Of a stretch of 64,000 nucleotides of DNA, positions 28,225 to 36,079 are shown in pieces. The position numbers and the translations under genes were made by a program. Each line of letters starts with the position of its first letter. The first letter of the stretch is position 1. Source of the stretch: an uncultured Acidimicrobiaceae bacterium (GTDB lineage Bacteria; Actinomycetota; Acidimicrobiia; Acidimicrobiales; Bog-793); assembly GCA_963761425.1 (NCBI GenBank), contig CAVXGQ010000002.1:714-64713 (forward strand). Direction: 5' to 3'. A model generated the notes under the pieces. The model was not told where the DNA came from. It did no database searches and worked only from the letters and a program-made list of their open reading frames with translations.

Positions 28225-29172
28225 CTATCGCACATGCACCACGCCTCGGGCTTGCGGCATGCAGCACACCAAAAGACCCCAGAACACTTCGGCCGACCCC
28301 GCCGACGCACTGTCCGGGATCGCCATCTCCATGTCGTAGGTCACCTCTCCATGCGCCGGGATGGCGTGCACACTCCGGCAGTTCAGTTCGTACTCCAGCT
28401 TGGTAGGGATGTACGAGTGCTCGATGTAGCCGGGGCACGGCGACAACGGGACAGCGCGGCTTCCGGGATTGAACAGCTCAACCTGGTACCTGAGGATGGT
28501 GCCCGGTTTCACCGCGGCGGGGAGCCGCAGGCGGGAAACGAGGTGCACGAGCGGGTCCGGCGGATAAACGGGCGGCGGTTTCCCCGTGAAGAACGGCGTC
28601 ACCCCCATTCCGCACGCCATGGTCACGGAGCGCACGGCGATCAACTTGCTTCCACCCCCAGGGAAACTGATCAACAGGTGGTTGTAGCCAGGAAGTCCCT
28701 GGTTCCCGCCGCCGGGATCGGCGGCACAGATGACCGGAATATCGATCCAGACGCTCACAAGCTTGCCCGGGTCGGTGTTGGCAATCTCGCTGTCTGGTGC
28801 CATGCCCTCCGGCCTCGCCGTCACCGTCGGTTTGCCGGGCTTACTCGCCACCACGTGCGGCCTTCCCCGAAGGAGACACGCCGTCCGACCCGTGTTGCGA
28901 AGCGCCACGCTGAAGCCAACATCCTGGGTGATCTGTAGCGGGTCCACCGATGCCACGACCAATTGCGAGGCGGCGCAGGGAGGTGCATTGGCAAGGGGCG
29001 GTTTCGTCGGCAAAGGCTTCACCAGAAGGGATTCCATGAACGCTCGAGTCACCGGCTTGTCTAGCCAGGGCACCGCCCTGGCCTGAACTGAAGCACTCGA
29101 ACAGGCGGCAAGCAAGACCGCAGCGGTGGCGATCACCGCGGCACCGCAGCAGTAGCTGCGCCACCTCTTCAT
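28225..29172 (-). CDS. lipoprotein, DUF4232-like
   Basis: The internal start MKRWRSYCCGAAVIATAAVLLAACSS is a lipobox. CAASQLVV..VGFSVALRNTGRTACLLRGRPHV matches the DUF4232 pattern (recalled from memory). Confidence 0.65.
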   Translation of the reverse strand: MKRWRSYCCGAAVIATAAVLLAACSSASVQARAVPWLDKPVTRAFMESLLVKPLPTKPPLANAPPCAASQLVVASVDPLQITQDVGFSVALRNTGRTACLLRGRPHVVASKPGKPTVTARPEGMAPDSEIANTDPGKLVSVWIDIPVICAADPGGGNQGLPGYNHLLISFPGGGSKLIAVRSVTMACGMGVTPFFTGKPPPVYPPDPLVHLVSRLRLPAAVKPGTILRYQVELFNPGSRAVPLSPCPGYIEHSYIPTKLEYELNCRSVHAIPAHGEVTYDMEMAIPDSASAGSAEVFWGLLVCCMPQARGVVHVR

Positions 29173-29359
29173 GTCAAAAGGACGCCGGTCGCCACCGACG
29201 CCTTGCGTCGCTCGCCGGCTCGCCCGAGAGACGGTGATCTCGGGGCCACAACCGACACGCCTTGCCACCTTCTCGTCCCTCCGCTAAACGGAATCGCCTC
29301 TAATCCCTATCGTATGGACGGCTTTTTCTGTGTGCAGGTCACCATTCGGCGCGTCGTGA

Positions 29360-29588
29360 CGCCGCCCTCGCCCTGCGCCCCCCTGCTGGCTGGCTGGGGT
29401 CGTCTCGTCTTCCCGCCGTCCGTGCGCTCCGGGCGCTCGCCCTTGCCGGTGCCCGGCCGGTTTCGTGTTGCCCCCCTCGGTCGGCCTGCTCGCCCCTCGC
29501 TCCCTTGTCCGTCACTCCTGCCCCGGTGCGCCGGTCGTCCCCTTCCCGTCTTTGGCTCGCCTTCCCGCGCCTGTCCTTCTTTTCCCCG
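29360..29588 (+). other. 229-nt tract with a single A on the + strand (C/T/G only)
   Basis: Counted directly: there is no A in 29360-29513 or in 29515-29588, and the only A is at 29514. All six frames are therefore stop-free, which explains the long P/R/G-rich ORFs called across it. Confidence 0.9.
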
Positions 29589-29622
29589 AATGCAAAGTTG
29601 GCGGCGAGGCACCCAGACAACC

Positions 29623-29796
29623 TTCGTGTGTAGCCATTTGTGTAGCCAAGCGCTCAGACCCGACTGGACGCGGACAGACGTCAGAGGACACAAGCACCTG
29701 GTCAGATTCTCTCGGTGGACTCTGATGGACACCCGGATACCGGTTCGATTTCTCTGGGGGTCAAGAGGCCCCGGGTTCAAATCCCGGCAGCCCGAC
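29623..29796 (+). repeat. copy 2 of the ~173-bp repeat ending in the 3' half of tRNA-Pro(GGG) (att-like)
   Basis: 29754-29796 is identical to 16653-16695. The upstream ~130 nt is about 85 percent identical to copy 1. It contains the tandem GTGTAGCCA-N3-GTGTAGCCA and several GGAC(A) repeats. Similarity ends exactly at the tRNA 3' end. Confidence 0.75.
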
Positions 29797-29849
29797 AAGA
29801 AATAGCAGGCCAGAGCCGTAGCGGTAGTCGAGTAACTGCTTCTTGGCAG

Positions 29850-29972
29850 GTCTCGCGAGCCAATTCGCGAGCCGACTCGTCGATCCGGATAACTGCGGAC
29901 GTCTATGGCTACACCCTCGATCCGCAGCGCCAACAGGCGGCCGAAGCGATGGCAGAAGCACTCTGGTCGTAG
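29850..29972 (+). pseudogene. tyrosine recombinase (phage-type integrase) C-terminal stump
   Basis: ..SRADSSIRITADVYGYTLDPQRQQAAEAMAEALWS* matches the catalytic-Tyr region of integrases (..GHssi.iTld.YgH......aa..m..). Nothing upstream is integrase-like. Confidence 0.6.
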
Positions 29973-30112
29973 CCTGAACCGTTCGTGCGTGACCGCGAAC
30001 CGGCGGTCAGGGGTGCACGCGCCACCTTCTCTCAGCCCCAAGGTGCTGAAGAGCGGCACACTCCCGGCATTCCTGGGCGCCCTTGATCAGGGGAGGGCCA
30101 TAGGCTTGCCCC

Positions 30113-30994
30113 ATGATCGAGCACGCGGACTTCGGGCGGACGGGACACTCGAGCACGCGCGTCATCTTCGGCGGTGCGGCGCTCGGGGATGTCAGCCAGC
30201 ACACAGCCGACGCCGTACTCGATGTGCTGCGCGAGTACGGCGTGAACCACCTCGACACGGCGGCAAGCTACGGGGATTCCGAGCTGCGCATCGCCCCGTG
30301 GCTCGTCGGCCGCCGGGACGAGTACTTCCTCGCGACAAAGACTGGCGAGCGGAACGGGCTCGCGGCGAGGGTGGAGCTCGAACGCTCGCTCACGCGCCTC
30401 GGCGTCGACCACGTCGACCTCATCCAACTGCACAACCTGGTCGAGGAGGACGAGTGGATGCAGGCACACTCGCCCGACGGAGCACTGGCCGCGCTCATGA
30501 TCGCGCGCGACGAAGGACTCGTCCGTTTCATCGGGGTCACCGGCCACGGGATGCGGATCCCCCGGATGCACCTCCGCAGTCTCGAGCGCTTCGACTACGA
30601 CTCAGTCATGCTGCCGTACAACTTCACGATGCGCGCCGACCCGAACTTTCGGGCAGACGTCGAGGAGCTGCTCGCCGTGTGCGCGGAACGCAACGTCGCA
30701 GTACAGACCATCAAGTCCGTCGCGCGCAGGCGCTGGCCGCAGGACGGTCCCTCCGAACGCCGCAGCTGGTACGAGCCGATCGGCGACCCCGACGCGATCG
30801 CCCGCGCCGTGCACTACGTGCTCGGTCGCCCCGGCCTGTTTCTCGCGTTGTCGAGCGACTACCGCCTGCTGCGCCAGATCCTCGAGGCGGCTTCGCACCC
30901 AGCACCGGTGCCGTCCGACAAGGAGATGGCGACTGACCGAGATACGTTCGGCATCGAACAGCTGTTCGACGGGGGCGAGCTCGAGCGGTTCTGA
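30113..30994 (+). CDS. aldo/keto reductase
   Basis: 293-aa ORF reading FGRTGHSSTRVIFGGAALG..GVNHLDTAASYGDSE..DLIQLHN..RFIGVTGH. Confidence 0.85.
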   Translation: MIEHADFGRTGHSSTRVIFGGAALGDVSQHTADAVLDVLREYGVNHLDTAASYGDSELRIAPWLVGRRDEYFLATKTGERNGLAARVELERSLTRLGVDHVDLIQLHNLVEEDEWMQAHSPDGALAALMIARDEGLVRFIGVTGHGMRIPRMHLRSLERFDYDSVMLPYNFTMRADPNFRADVEELLAVCAERNVAVQTIKSVARRRWPQDGPSERRSWYEPIGDPDAIARAVHYVLGRPGLFLALSSDYRLLRQILEAASHPAPVPSDKEMATDRDTFGIEQLFDGGELERF

Positions 30995-31285
30995 GCCCGC
31001 GATCCCATTCCGCGTGCCTTCGCCCTCCCTCTATCACCGCATGGCGGTCCTGTGTCGGGTACGCCCGCGAAGTGCCTGACGCGACACTTCCCGCGCCTGT
31101 CGCTCTCTCCCCACGACGTTCGGTCCGGTCTCCCTCATCGAAAAAGAGACGAGCACGCTTACGCGCATGGCACTCCGGGATTCGCTGACGAATGATCGGG
31201 CAGACCAGGGCGCTTGGCTTGGACGCGACGTGAACGAGCGTCGTGCCCGCGCCCGCTGAATTTCGAGAGGTTCTAGGTTGAGGAG

Positions 31286-31931
31286 GTGACCGTCACGATT
31301 GCACCTCCGAAGCCGCGTCTTCGCGGGTGGCTCCACGTCGGCGCATTCCCGTTCGCGCTCGTGTCGGGCCTCTGGCTCACTGCCAATGGGACGACGCATG
31401 CAGACCGCGTCGCGTGCGCGATGTTCACGCTCACGGCGTGCATGCTCTTTGTCACGTCCGCTGTCTACCACCGGGGCAAGTGGAGTCCACGCACGGCGGA
31501 CCTGCTGCGGCGTCTCGACCACTCGAACATCGCGCTGATCACTGCGGGCACGTACACGGCCCTCGGGGTCGCCGTGCTGCCTTCCTCTCAGGCCATCGTC
31601 ATGCTGTGCATCGTCTGGGTCACCGCGCTGGCGATAGTTCTGCTCCGTGTCGCTTGGCTTTCTGCTCCACGGTGGCTCTACACGGCGATGTACGTCGGTC
31701 TTGGCTGGGCGGCGATCTTCTGGCTCCCTGAGCTGTGGCATCTCGCGGGCGCGATCACGATCCTGCTCGTCGTCTTCGGGGGGGTTTTCTACACCGCTGG
31801 CGCCGTCGTCTACGCGCTGACGACGTCCGAGGTTGTCGGTACGCATCTTCGGCTACCACGAGCTGTTCCACGCGTGCACGATTGCGGCATTCACCTGCCA
31901 TCTGATCGCAATCTCACGCGTCGCGACCTGA
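31286..31931 (+). pseudogene. hemolysin-III / PAQR-family membrane protein with a 1-nt frameshift near 31817-31822
   Basis: Frame 1 reads RLRGWLHVGAFP..SAVYH..LDHSNIALITAGTYT..GGVFYTAGAVVYAL and then becomes nonsense. The +1 frame continues RRPRLSVRIFGYHELFHACTIAAFTCHLIAISRVAT* (stop 31929-31931). This is the conserved family C-terminus. Confidence 0.75.
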
Positions 31932-32368
31932 CTCACTCGAGTTGGCGAGCAACGTCGACATTTCGAAGCGCTCCGCGTCGAATCCCGCACTTCCGAGAAA
32001 CCCTTCGAGAAGATCGACGTTGCGGACTTCCTGTCCCGAGGCGATGCTGCCGTCGTTGACACGGCCGGTGCGGGTCATGCCTTGGAGCCTCCACCAGATC
32101 CAGCGCGGTTCAGTCGGAGTTCTTCGTTCGACGTGGGGCGACAACATTTCTGGCCCGTGCCGAAGAACTGCAAGCGATTCTTCATCGGGGCCAGACCGCT
32201 GACCCACCCTGCGAGTGATACAAGCGTTAGCCACGACCCGAAGGGCTTGGCAGACCTAATCGAACGGTTCGCGAACCATCGCCTGACCCGTCCTTCGCAG
32301 CAGTTCTCAGTCTCGCGATTACTCTCACGTCGTGAACGGAGTCCAGCGCGCCACGCGCAAATTACACC

Positions 32369-32512
32369 TTACTTCTTCGCTTTACCCTTCTTCTTCTTGC
32401 CAGACTTAGCCTGAGATAGGTCGCTACCGGCTACTTCCTTGACTTTCTTGGGTGTCTTGGGGTTGCGAAGTAGTCTGCCGGCTTCGGACGCGTCAGGCTT
32501 ACTTGTTGGCAT
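32369..32512 (-). CDS. 47-aa lysine-rich small protein (hypothetical)
   Basis: Hand-called, below the track cut-off. AGGAGG lies 6 nt upstream of the ATG. The sequence is MPTSKPDASEAGRLLRNPKTPKKVKEVAGSDLSQAKSGKKKKGKAKK*. It lies 124 nt downstream of the ApeA-like gene on the same strand. Confidence 0.5.
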   Translation of the reverse strand: MPTSKPDASEAGRLLRNPKTPKKVKEVAGSDLSQAKSGKKKKGKAKK

Positions 32513-32636
32513 GACAGACCTCCTAGTTAGCTTGATCGAAGATCCTATCTCACCATACGAACACGTGTTCGAAGCCGCTTCACCGCCGTCGCCTTTGCGG
32601 CCACTTAGCCAACCTGCCTGGAGAACCGGCGGCAGG

Positions 32637-34052
32637 TCATTCGCCTATCGGTTCGCCATCAAACGCTGGGGTCGGTGGAAATGGTTGGGCTGTCCACGAA
32701 AGGCGCTTAGCGATGAGGATGAACTGCTCATTCTTGCATAAGCGCTGGTGGATCCACGCCGGGGAGAGACCGATATTGGACAGCAAGATCAGCCTCACGA
32801 TCCAGTCCAGCGCCAAGAGCTCGTAGTACAACTCCTCAGGGTCCTTGCAGCCCGCGTACAGGTTCGAGCCATGCGATGGCAGATTTCGAGCGTTGCGAAT
32901 GTGATTCGCGAATGTGTCAATGTCTCCCGGAGCTAGCGGCATGCCGGCTTTGATAGCCTGCTCGACAAGTTCAACCATCCTCGTTTTGAACGAGGGCTGA
33001 TTCGCTGGCGAAAGCACCGAGCTAGCCCACTCTCGCAGCTCGCTTGGAGCAGCGTCGACAATGATCCGAACACGGGCCTCATGCTGATTCGTTGGCAGAT
33101 TCGGATGATTCCACAATGCGACATGCATTGCTTCCGCGGCCTGCGCGATGTTCGTTACACGATCGTCTTCGAACATGAACGGCGCGTACGTCGCGACGAT
33201 AACTCGAGTGACAACGCCCTCTAGCTTCTCTTGTGCGTCTAGCCAGAGGTCGATTGCCTGCTGTGCGTTGGCCAGCGCACTCAGCGGACCGACTTGACGG
33301 ACTTCGAGGAGAGATTTGTCTCGTTGCTTCAGATCATCTCCGAGTAACGGCATGTGGATCGGCAGCGGTCGCGGGGTGCTTTGGAACTTAGCCATCAAGA
33401 AGGTGATTCGATTGGCGGCACCCGTCAACAACGAAATCAAGTTTCGAAGTGGCGCGATCCAGCTGTTCAGACCTTCGTACACGGACATCGGTGATTCGAC
33501 GTCGATCGACCAACTAGTCGTGGCCTGTGCGCTGGCCTTCGTAGCAGAGACATGCATTTCTGGATAAGTGACGAGCTTGACCCTGGCTCCGTGTGATGCG
33601 AAGTCCAAGTGTTCCGTCCGCGGCACCTCGATTGAATGCTTCGACGACAGGTGAATCGCAGGCGGATTGACCCAATCCAACAGACAGTCAGTTTCGAAGG
33701 TGAACTGGTCACAAGCGAGGTTCGTTGCTGGAACGTGAGCGCCTTCAATCGCATACCGAAACGCGTCAGTGTGGTTTGCTTCGAGCGGACCTGGCCAGAA
33801 CAAGCTCAAGACGTCGACGAGCGTGACGTCACCGACATCATCGACACGTCCGAAGACGACCGGGTACTGACGATTCTCAATGCTTGCTGGAAAGCTGATA
33901 ACCGTCCCAGGAGGCAATGGAGTTGGAGGTTCAAGCTGAAGATTCAGTGCTAGCTCCAGATGAGCCCCAAATTGCACTGATCCGCGAAGTCCGCGTTGCG
34001 GGTACTCAGGCAACCAGAACACCCCGTTCCACGTCGTGTCCGGCATAGGCAT
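32637..34052 (-). CDS. ApeA-like HEPN-domain protein (candidate abortive-infection/defence effector)
   Basis: 471-aa ORF. The N-terminus WNGVFWLPEYPQRGLRGSVQFGAHLELAL resembles the ApeA N-terminal domain pattern (G.FWLPe.p...v.G.L.f....l.L.L). The helical C-terminal region carries an Rx4H HEPN motif (IRNARNLPSHGS). The local GC content is lower and the gene sits in a tRNA island. Confidence 0.6.
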   Translation of the reverse strand: MPMPDTTWNGVFWLPEYPQRGLRGSVQFGAHLELALNLQLEPPTPLPPGTVISFPASIENRQYPVVFGRVDDVGDVTLVDVLSLFWPGPLEANHTDAFRYAIEGAHVPATNLACDQFTFETDCLLDWVNPPAIHLSSKHSIEVPRTEHLDFASHGARVKLVTYPEMHVSATKASAQATTSWSIDVESPMSVYEGLNSWIAPLRNLISLLTGAANRITFLMAKFQSTPRPLPIHMPLLGDDLKQRDKSLLEVRQVGPLSALANAQQAIDLWLDAQEKLEGVVTRVIVATYAPFMFEDDRVTNIAQAAEAMHVALWNHPNLPTNQHEARVRIIVDAAPSELREWASSVLSPANQPSFKTRMVELVEQAIKAGMPLAPGDIDTFANHIRNARNLPSHGSNLYAGCKDPEELYYELLALDWIVRLILLSNIGLSPAWIHQRLCKNEQFILIAKRLSWTAQPFPPTPAFDGEPIGE

Positions 34053-34213
34053 AGGTCCAGGCTACGTACACCGCAGCAGAGCGGAGCGGCTGATGATGCC
34101 TCTGCCTTCGATGGCGAGGTCACTGACCAGTCCACCGGCGCTACACCAGAGCTGGGCCGGCCGGCAAAGCCACCTGCTCCAAAATGACGCGCGGTCATGG
34201 AGGGGGTGACCGT

Positions 34214-34243
34214 CGTTTCGGAGACGAAACGTCAACTTGACGT
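34214..34243. promoter_or_regulatory. two adjacent palindromes in the divergent promoter region (candidate operator)
   Basis: The first is CGTTTCG-gaga-CGAAACG (34214-34231). The second is ACGTCAA-c-TTGACGT (34229-34243). Both lie between the ApeA-like gene and the divergent HTH gene. Confidence 0.35.
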
Positions 34244-34273
34244 CGACGAGATGGCAACCTAACATTCTTTTTT

Positions 34274-35251
34274 GTGGAAAAAACTCAGGGCTACGTCGAT
34301 TTCCGACGAGTGCGCAGCGAGGCTGCCTCAATCGCCGAGCGCGCGGTACAGGCCGGGTTTGGTGTCCGCGATGGTTCGACCGCGTTCGAGGAGATCAAGG
34401 CGGCGAACGTTGCGAATCAGGCGACGACGCAGGCGATCCTTAATGCTGTCGTTCACGCTCGCGATCACGGCCTTGCGTGGGCCGACATCGGCCGCGCCCT
34501 CGGCATCACGAAGCAGGGAGCGCAGAAGCGATTTGCTGAAGAGGATGAGGACGCACTGGTGCAAGCGATTTTCGAGACGCGATCAGCCGGTCAGGTCGTG
34601 CGGGTGCCAAAGCCGATTGCCATCTTGCTTCCGTCGTTCCAGTGGATCAGAGACGGCTTGAACCGCGGGACGTTCTCCGATGGTTCGTTGAGGATCGATG
34701 GAGGCCAAGCCTACGTGCAAGTCTCCCGTGCCGAGTACCTCGAGCACCACCCAACCTGTGTCCCCGATCGATACTTCTTGCAGCACCTCACGAGCACACC
34801 GCCCCACGGACGGAACTGGACCATCTACGCCGACACCGAGCAGGAGGCGAAGGCGAAGGCGGACGAGGTGTGGGGGCCAGATCGCGTTGCTGATCGCCAG
34901 GAGATCATCGACACCGAGACGGGAAACAGGTGGGTCCGCGCGAATGGCAGGGTGGACTGGGTGAACGCGCCAGCCGCCATCCAAAACGCAGCGTGTCACA
35001 TCGCCGCGTCCGGTTACAGCCTCGTGACGAGACGGTGCACCTGCGGTGGAGCGCTCGTCGTCTACTTCAAGGACGACTACGGGCGCTATTGGGCGAAGTG
35101 CCAGAACGATCCAGCGACCGAAGAAGGATGGTTGACGGCGTTCCGGCTGCTCGACGACCAGTCCGAGGAGTCATACCTCCGACTCGCCCGCGAGAACACG
35201 ATGAACGGTCCCGCCGTGACGGCGCAGCTACTGAACGGCGGGCCTGTCTGA
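34274..35251 (+). CDS. hypothetical protein with N-terminal HTH (..LAWADIGRALGITKQGAQKRF..) and Cys-containing C-terminal domain
   Basis: 325-aa ORF transcribed divergently from the ApeA-like gene. Only the HTH segment was recognised. The C-terminus reads RRCTCGGALVVYFKDDYGRYWAKCQND. Confidence 0.6.
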   Translation: MEKTQGYVDFRRVRSEAASIAERAVQAGFGVRDGSTAFEEIKAANVANQATTQAILNAVVHARDHGLAWADIGRALGITKQGAQKRFAEEDEDALVQAIFETRSAGQVVRVPKPIAILLPSFQWIRDGLNRGTFSDGSLRIDGGQAYVQVSRAEYLEHHPTCVPDRYFLQHLTSTPPHGRNWTIYADTEQEAKAKADEVWGPDRVADRQEIIDTETGNRWVRANGRVDWVNAPAAIQNAACHIAASGYSLVTRRCTCGGALVVYFKDDYGRYWAKCQNDPATEEGWLTAFRLLDDQSEESYLRLARENTMNGPAVTAQLLNGGPV

Positions 35252-35332
35252 CGGACGTCGGTTCGGCACTTGAGGCGGGCGCCGCTCGTACGATTGGTTC
35301 CGCTGCGATCTCAAGGTTGGAGGAGCGTCGAC

Positions 35333-35512
35333 GTGCCACGGCGCAGATCAGTTACCAGCCAGCTTTACCGAGTGGCCCGCATCAGCAACAACCTTCGTGC
35401 CGTTTCCCGCGGACCAGGGGCCCTCGCGAAGCGCGAGGTACGTCGCAAGGCCTACCGAGCAAGCGGGAGCTTCACCCGCAGGATTCTGAAAGCGTTCAGC
35501 CTGAGCAAGTGA
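35333..35512 (+). CDS. small basic hypothetical protein (59 aa)
   Basis: A GTG start is preceded by GGAGGAG (35319-35325). The sequence is VPRRRSVTSQLYRVARISNNLRAVSRGPGALAKREVRRKAYRASGSFTRRILKAFSLSK. It resembles small Arg/Lys-rich proteins seen on actinobacterial phages and elements (recalled from memory). Confidence 0.45.
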   Translation: MPRRRSVTSQLYRVARISNNLRAVSRGPGALAKREVRRKAYRASGSFTRRILKAFSLSK

Positions 35513-36079
35513 CGACCAGACAACTAGGCAGAGTGGCTAGGACGGTGTTGAAATAATCGCTCGGGCTGAAACGGGCAACGCAGTGACCAGGGTATTCGCT
35601 CCGGAAAATTGGCTCGGGGGCGAATAAATCAGCATTCTCCTAGTGCGCGACGTGCGTGGAGCTGGAGCGAGTCGGTGTCGGAGATCAGCCGGCGCGGCGT
35701 CCCGGCAGAGGAGCGGGGGCAGTCATGGGGCTTTCAGCTCTGAGTTGTCGCCACCGGCTGAATACTGACTGTAAGTATCCACGTGGCAGCAAAGCGCCTC
35801 TGCCGGGCTGCTGCCGGTGGCGACGGGCATGGTTCAAAACACTGATTGGCAGGCTCGGGGTTGACGGTCGGTACCTCGTAGAGCTCTGCCGTCGCATTGA
35901 CGACGTGTAGATGGCGGTGCTTGTCCATGTTCCAGTGCTCGATGTCCGGCTACTGATCCCACTCGTGGTAACAGCCTGCGCAATCCCAGTGCTCAAGCTT
36001 TTCTGTCGCAGTCGCCGGTAAACGACTATTACCACTTAACTCCCGGGCTCAGGGTGAAGTTGCTCGTGCACCCGCGACA

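Larger units (their letters stand above)
16749..30016 (+). repeat. dispersed, co-oriented intergenic motif family CCGGCG-N4-GGGG-NAC (13 copies)
   Basis: Perfect CCGGCG-N4-GGGG copies start at 17617, 18146, 19082, 20413, 21089, 21646, 22882 and 30000. One-mismatch copies start at 16749, 24352 and 26947. Degenerate copies start at 17355 and 25194. All are on the + strand and all lie between genes. Confidence 0.8.

Noticed and set aside
16749-30016. Classical integron (IntI + attI + attC cassettes)
   Set aside because: There is no IntI-like gene and no R''/L''-L'/R' imperfect palindromes around the motif. The only recombinase stump is co-directional with the cassette-like ORFs rather than divergent from them. 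The region is kept as an unexplained cassette-like array, not called an integron.
29203-30059. Long ORFs spanning the region left of the aldo/keto reductase (29203..29805 +, 29307..30059 -, 29339..29620 -)
   Set aside because: They are open only because the 229-nt A-poor tract cannot encode stop codons on either strand. Their products are P/R/G low-complexity, and they run through the tRNA-Pro half.
31034-31846. 270-aa minus-strand ORF
   Set aside because: It is antisense to the recognisable hemolysin-III gene. It has an Arg/Asp/Glu-rich composition with no family resemblance.
35513-36079. Excisionase or other small gene between the basic ORF and the integrase (ORFs 35656..35910 +, 35685..36035 -, 35734..35928 -)
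   Set aside because: The three candidates overlap one another, and none has an SD or a recognisable HTH_17/Xis pattern. One frame with HWDCAGCYHEW is interrupted by TAG. The region probably contains decayed or non-coding island DNA.
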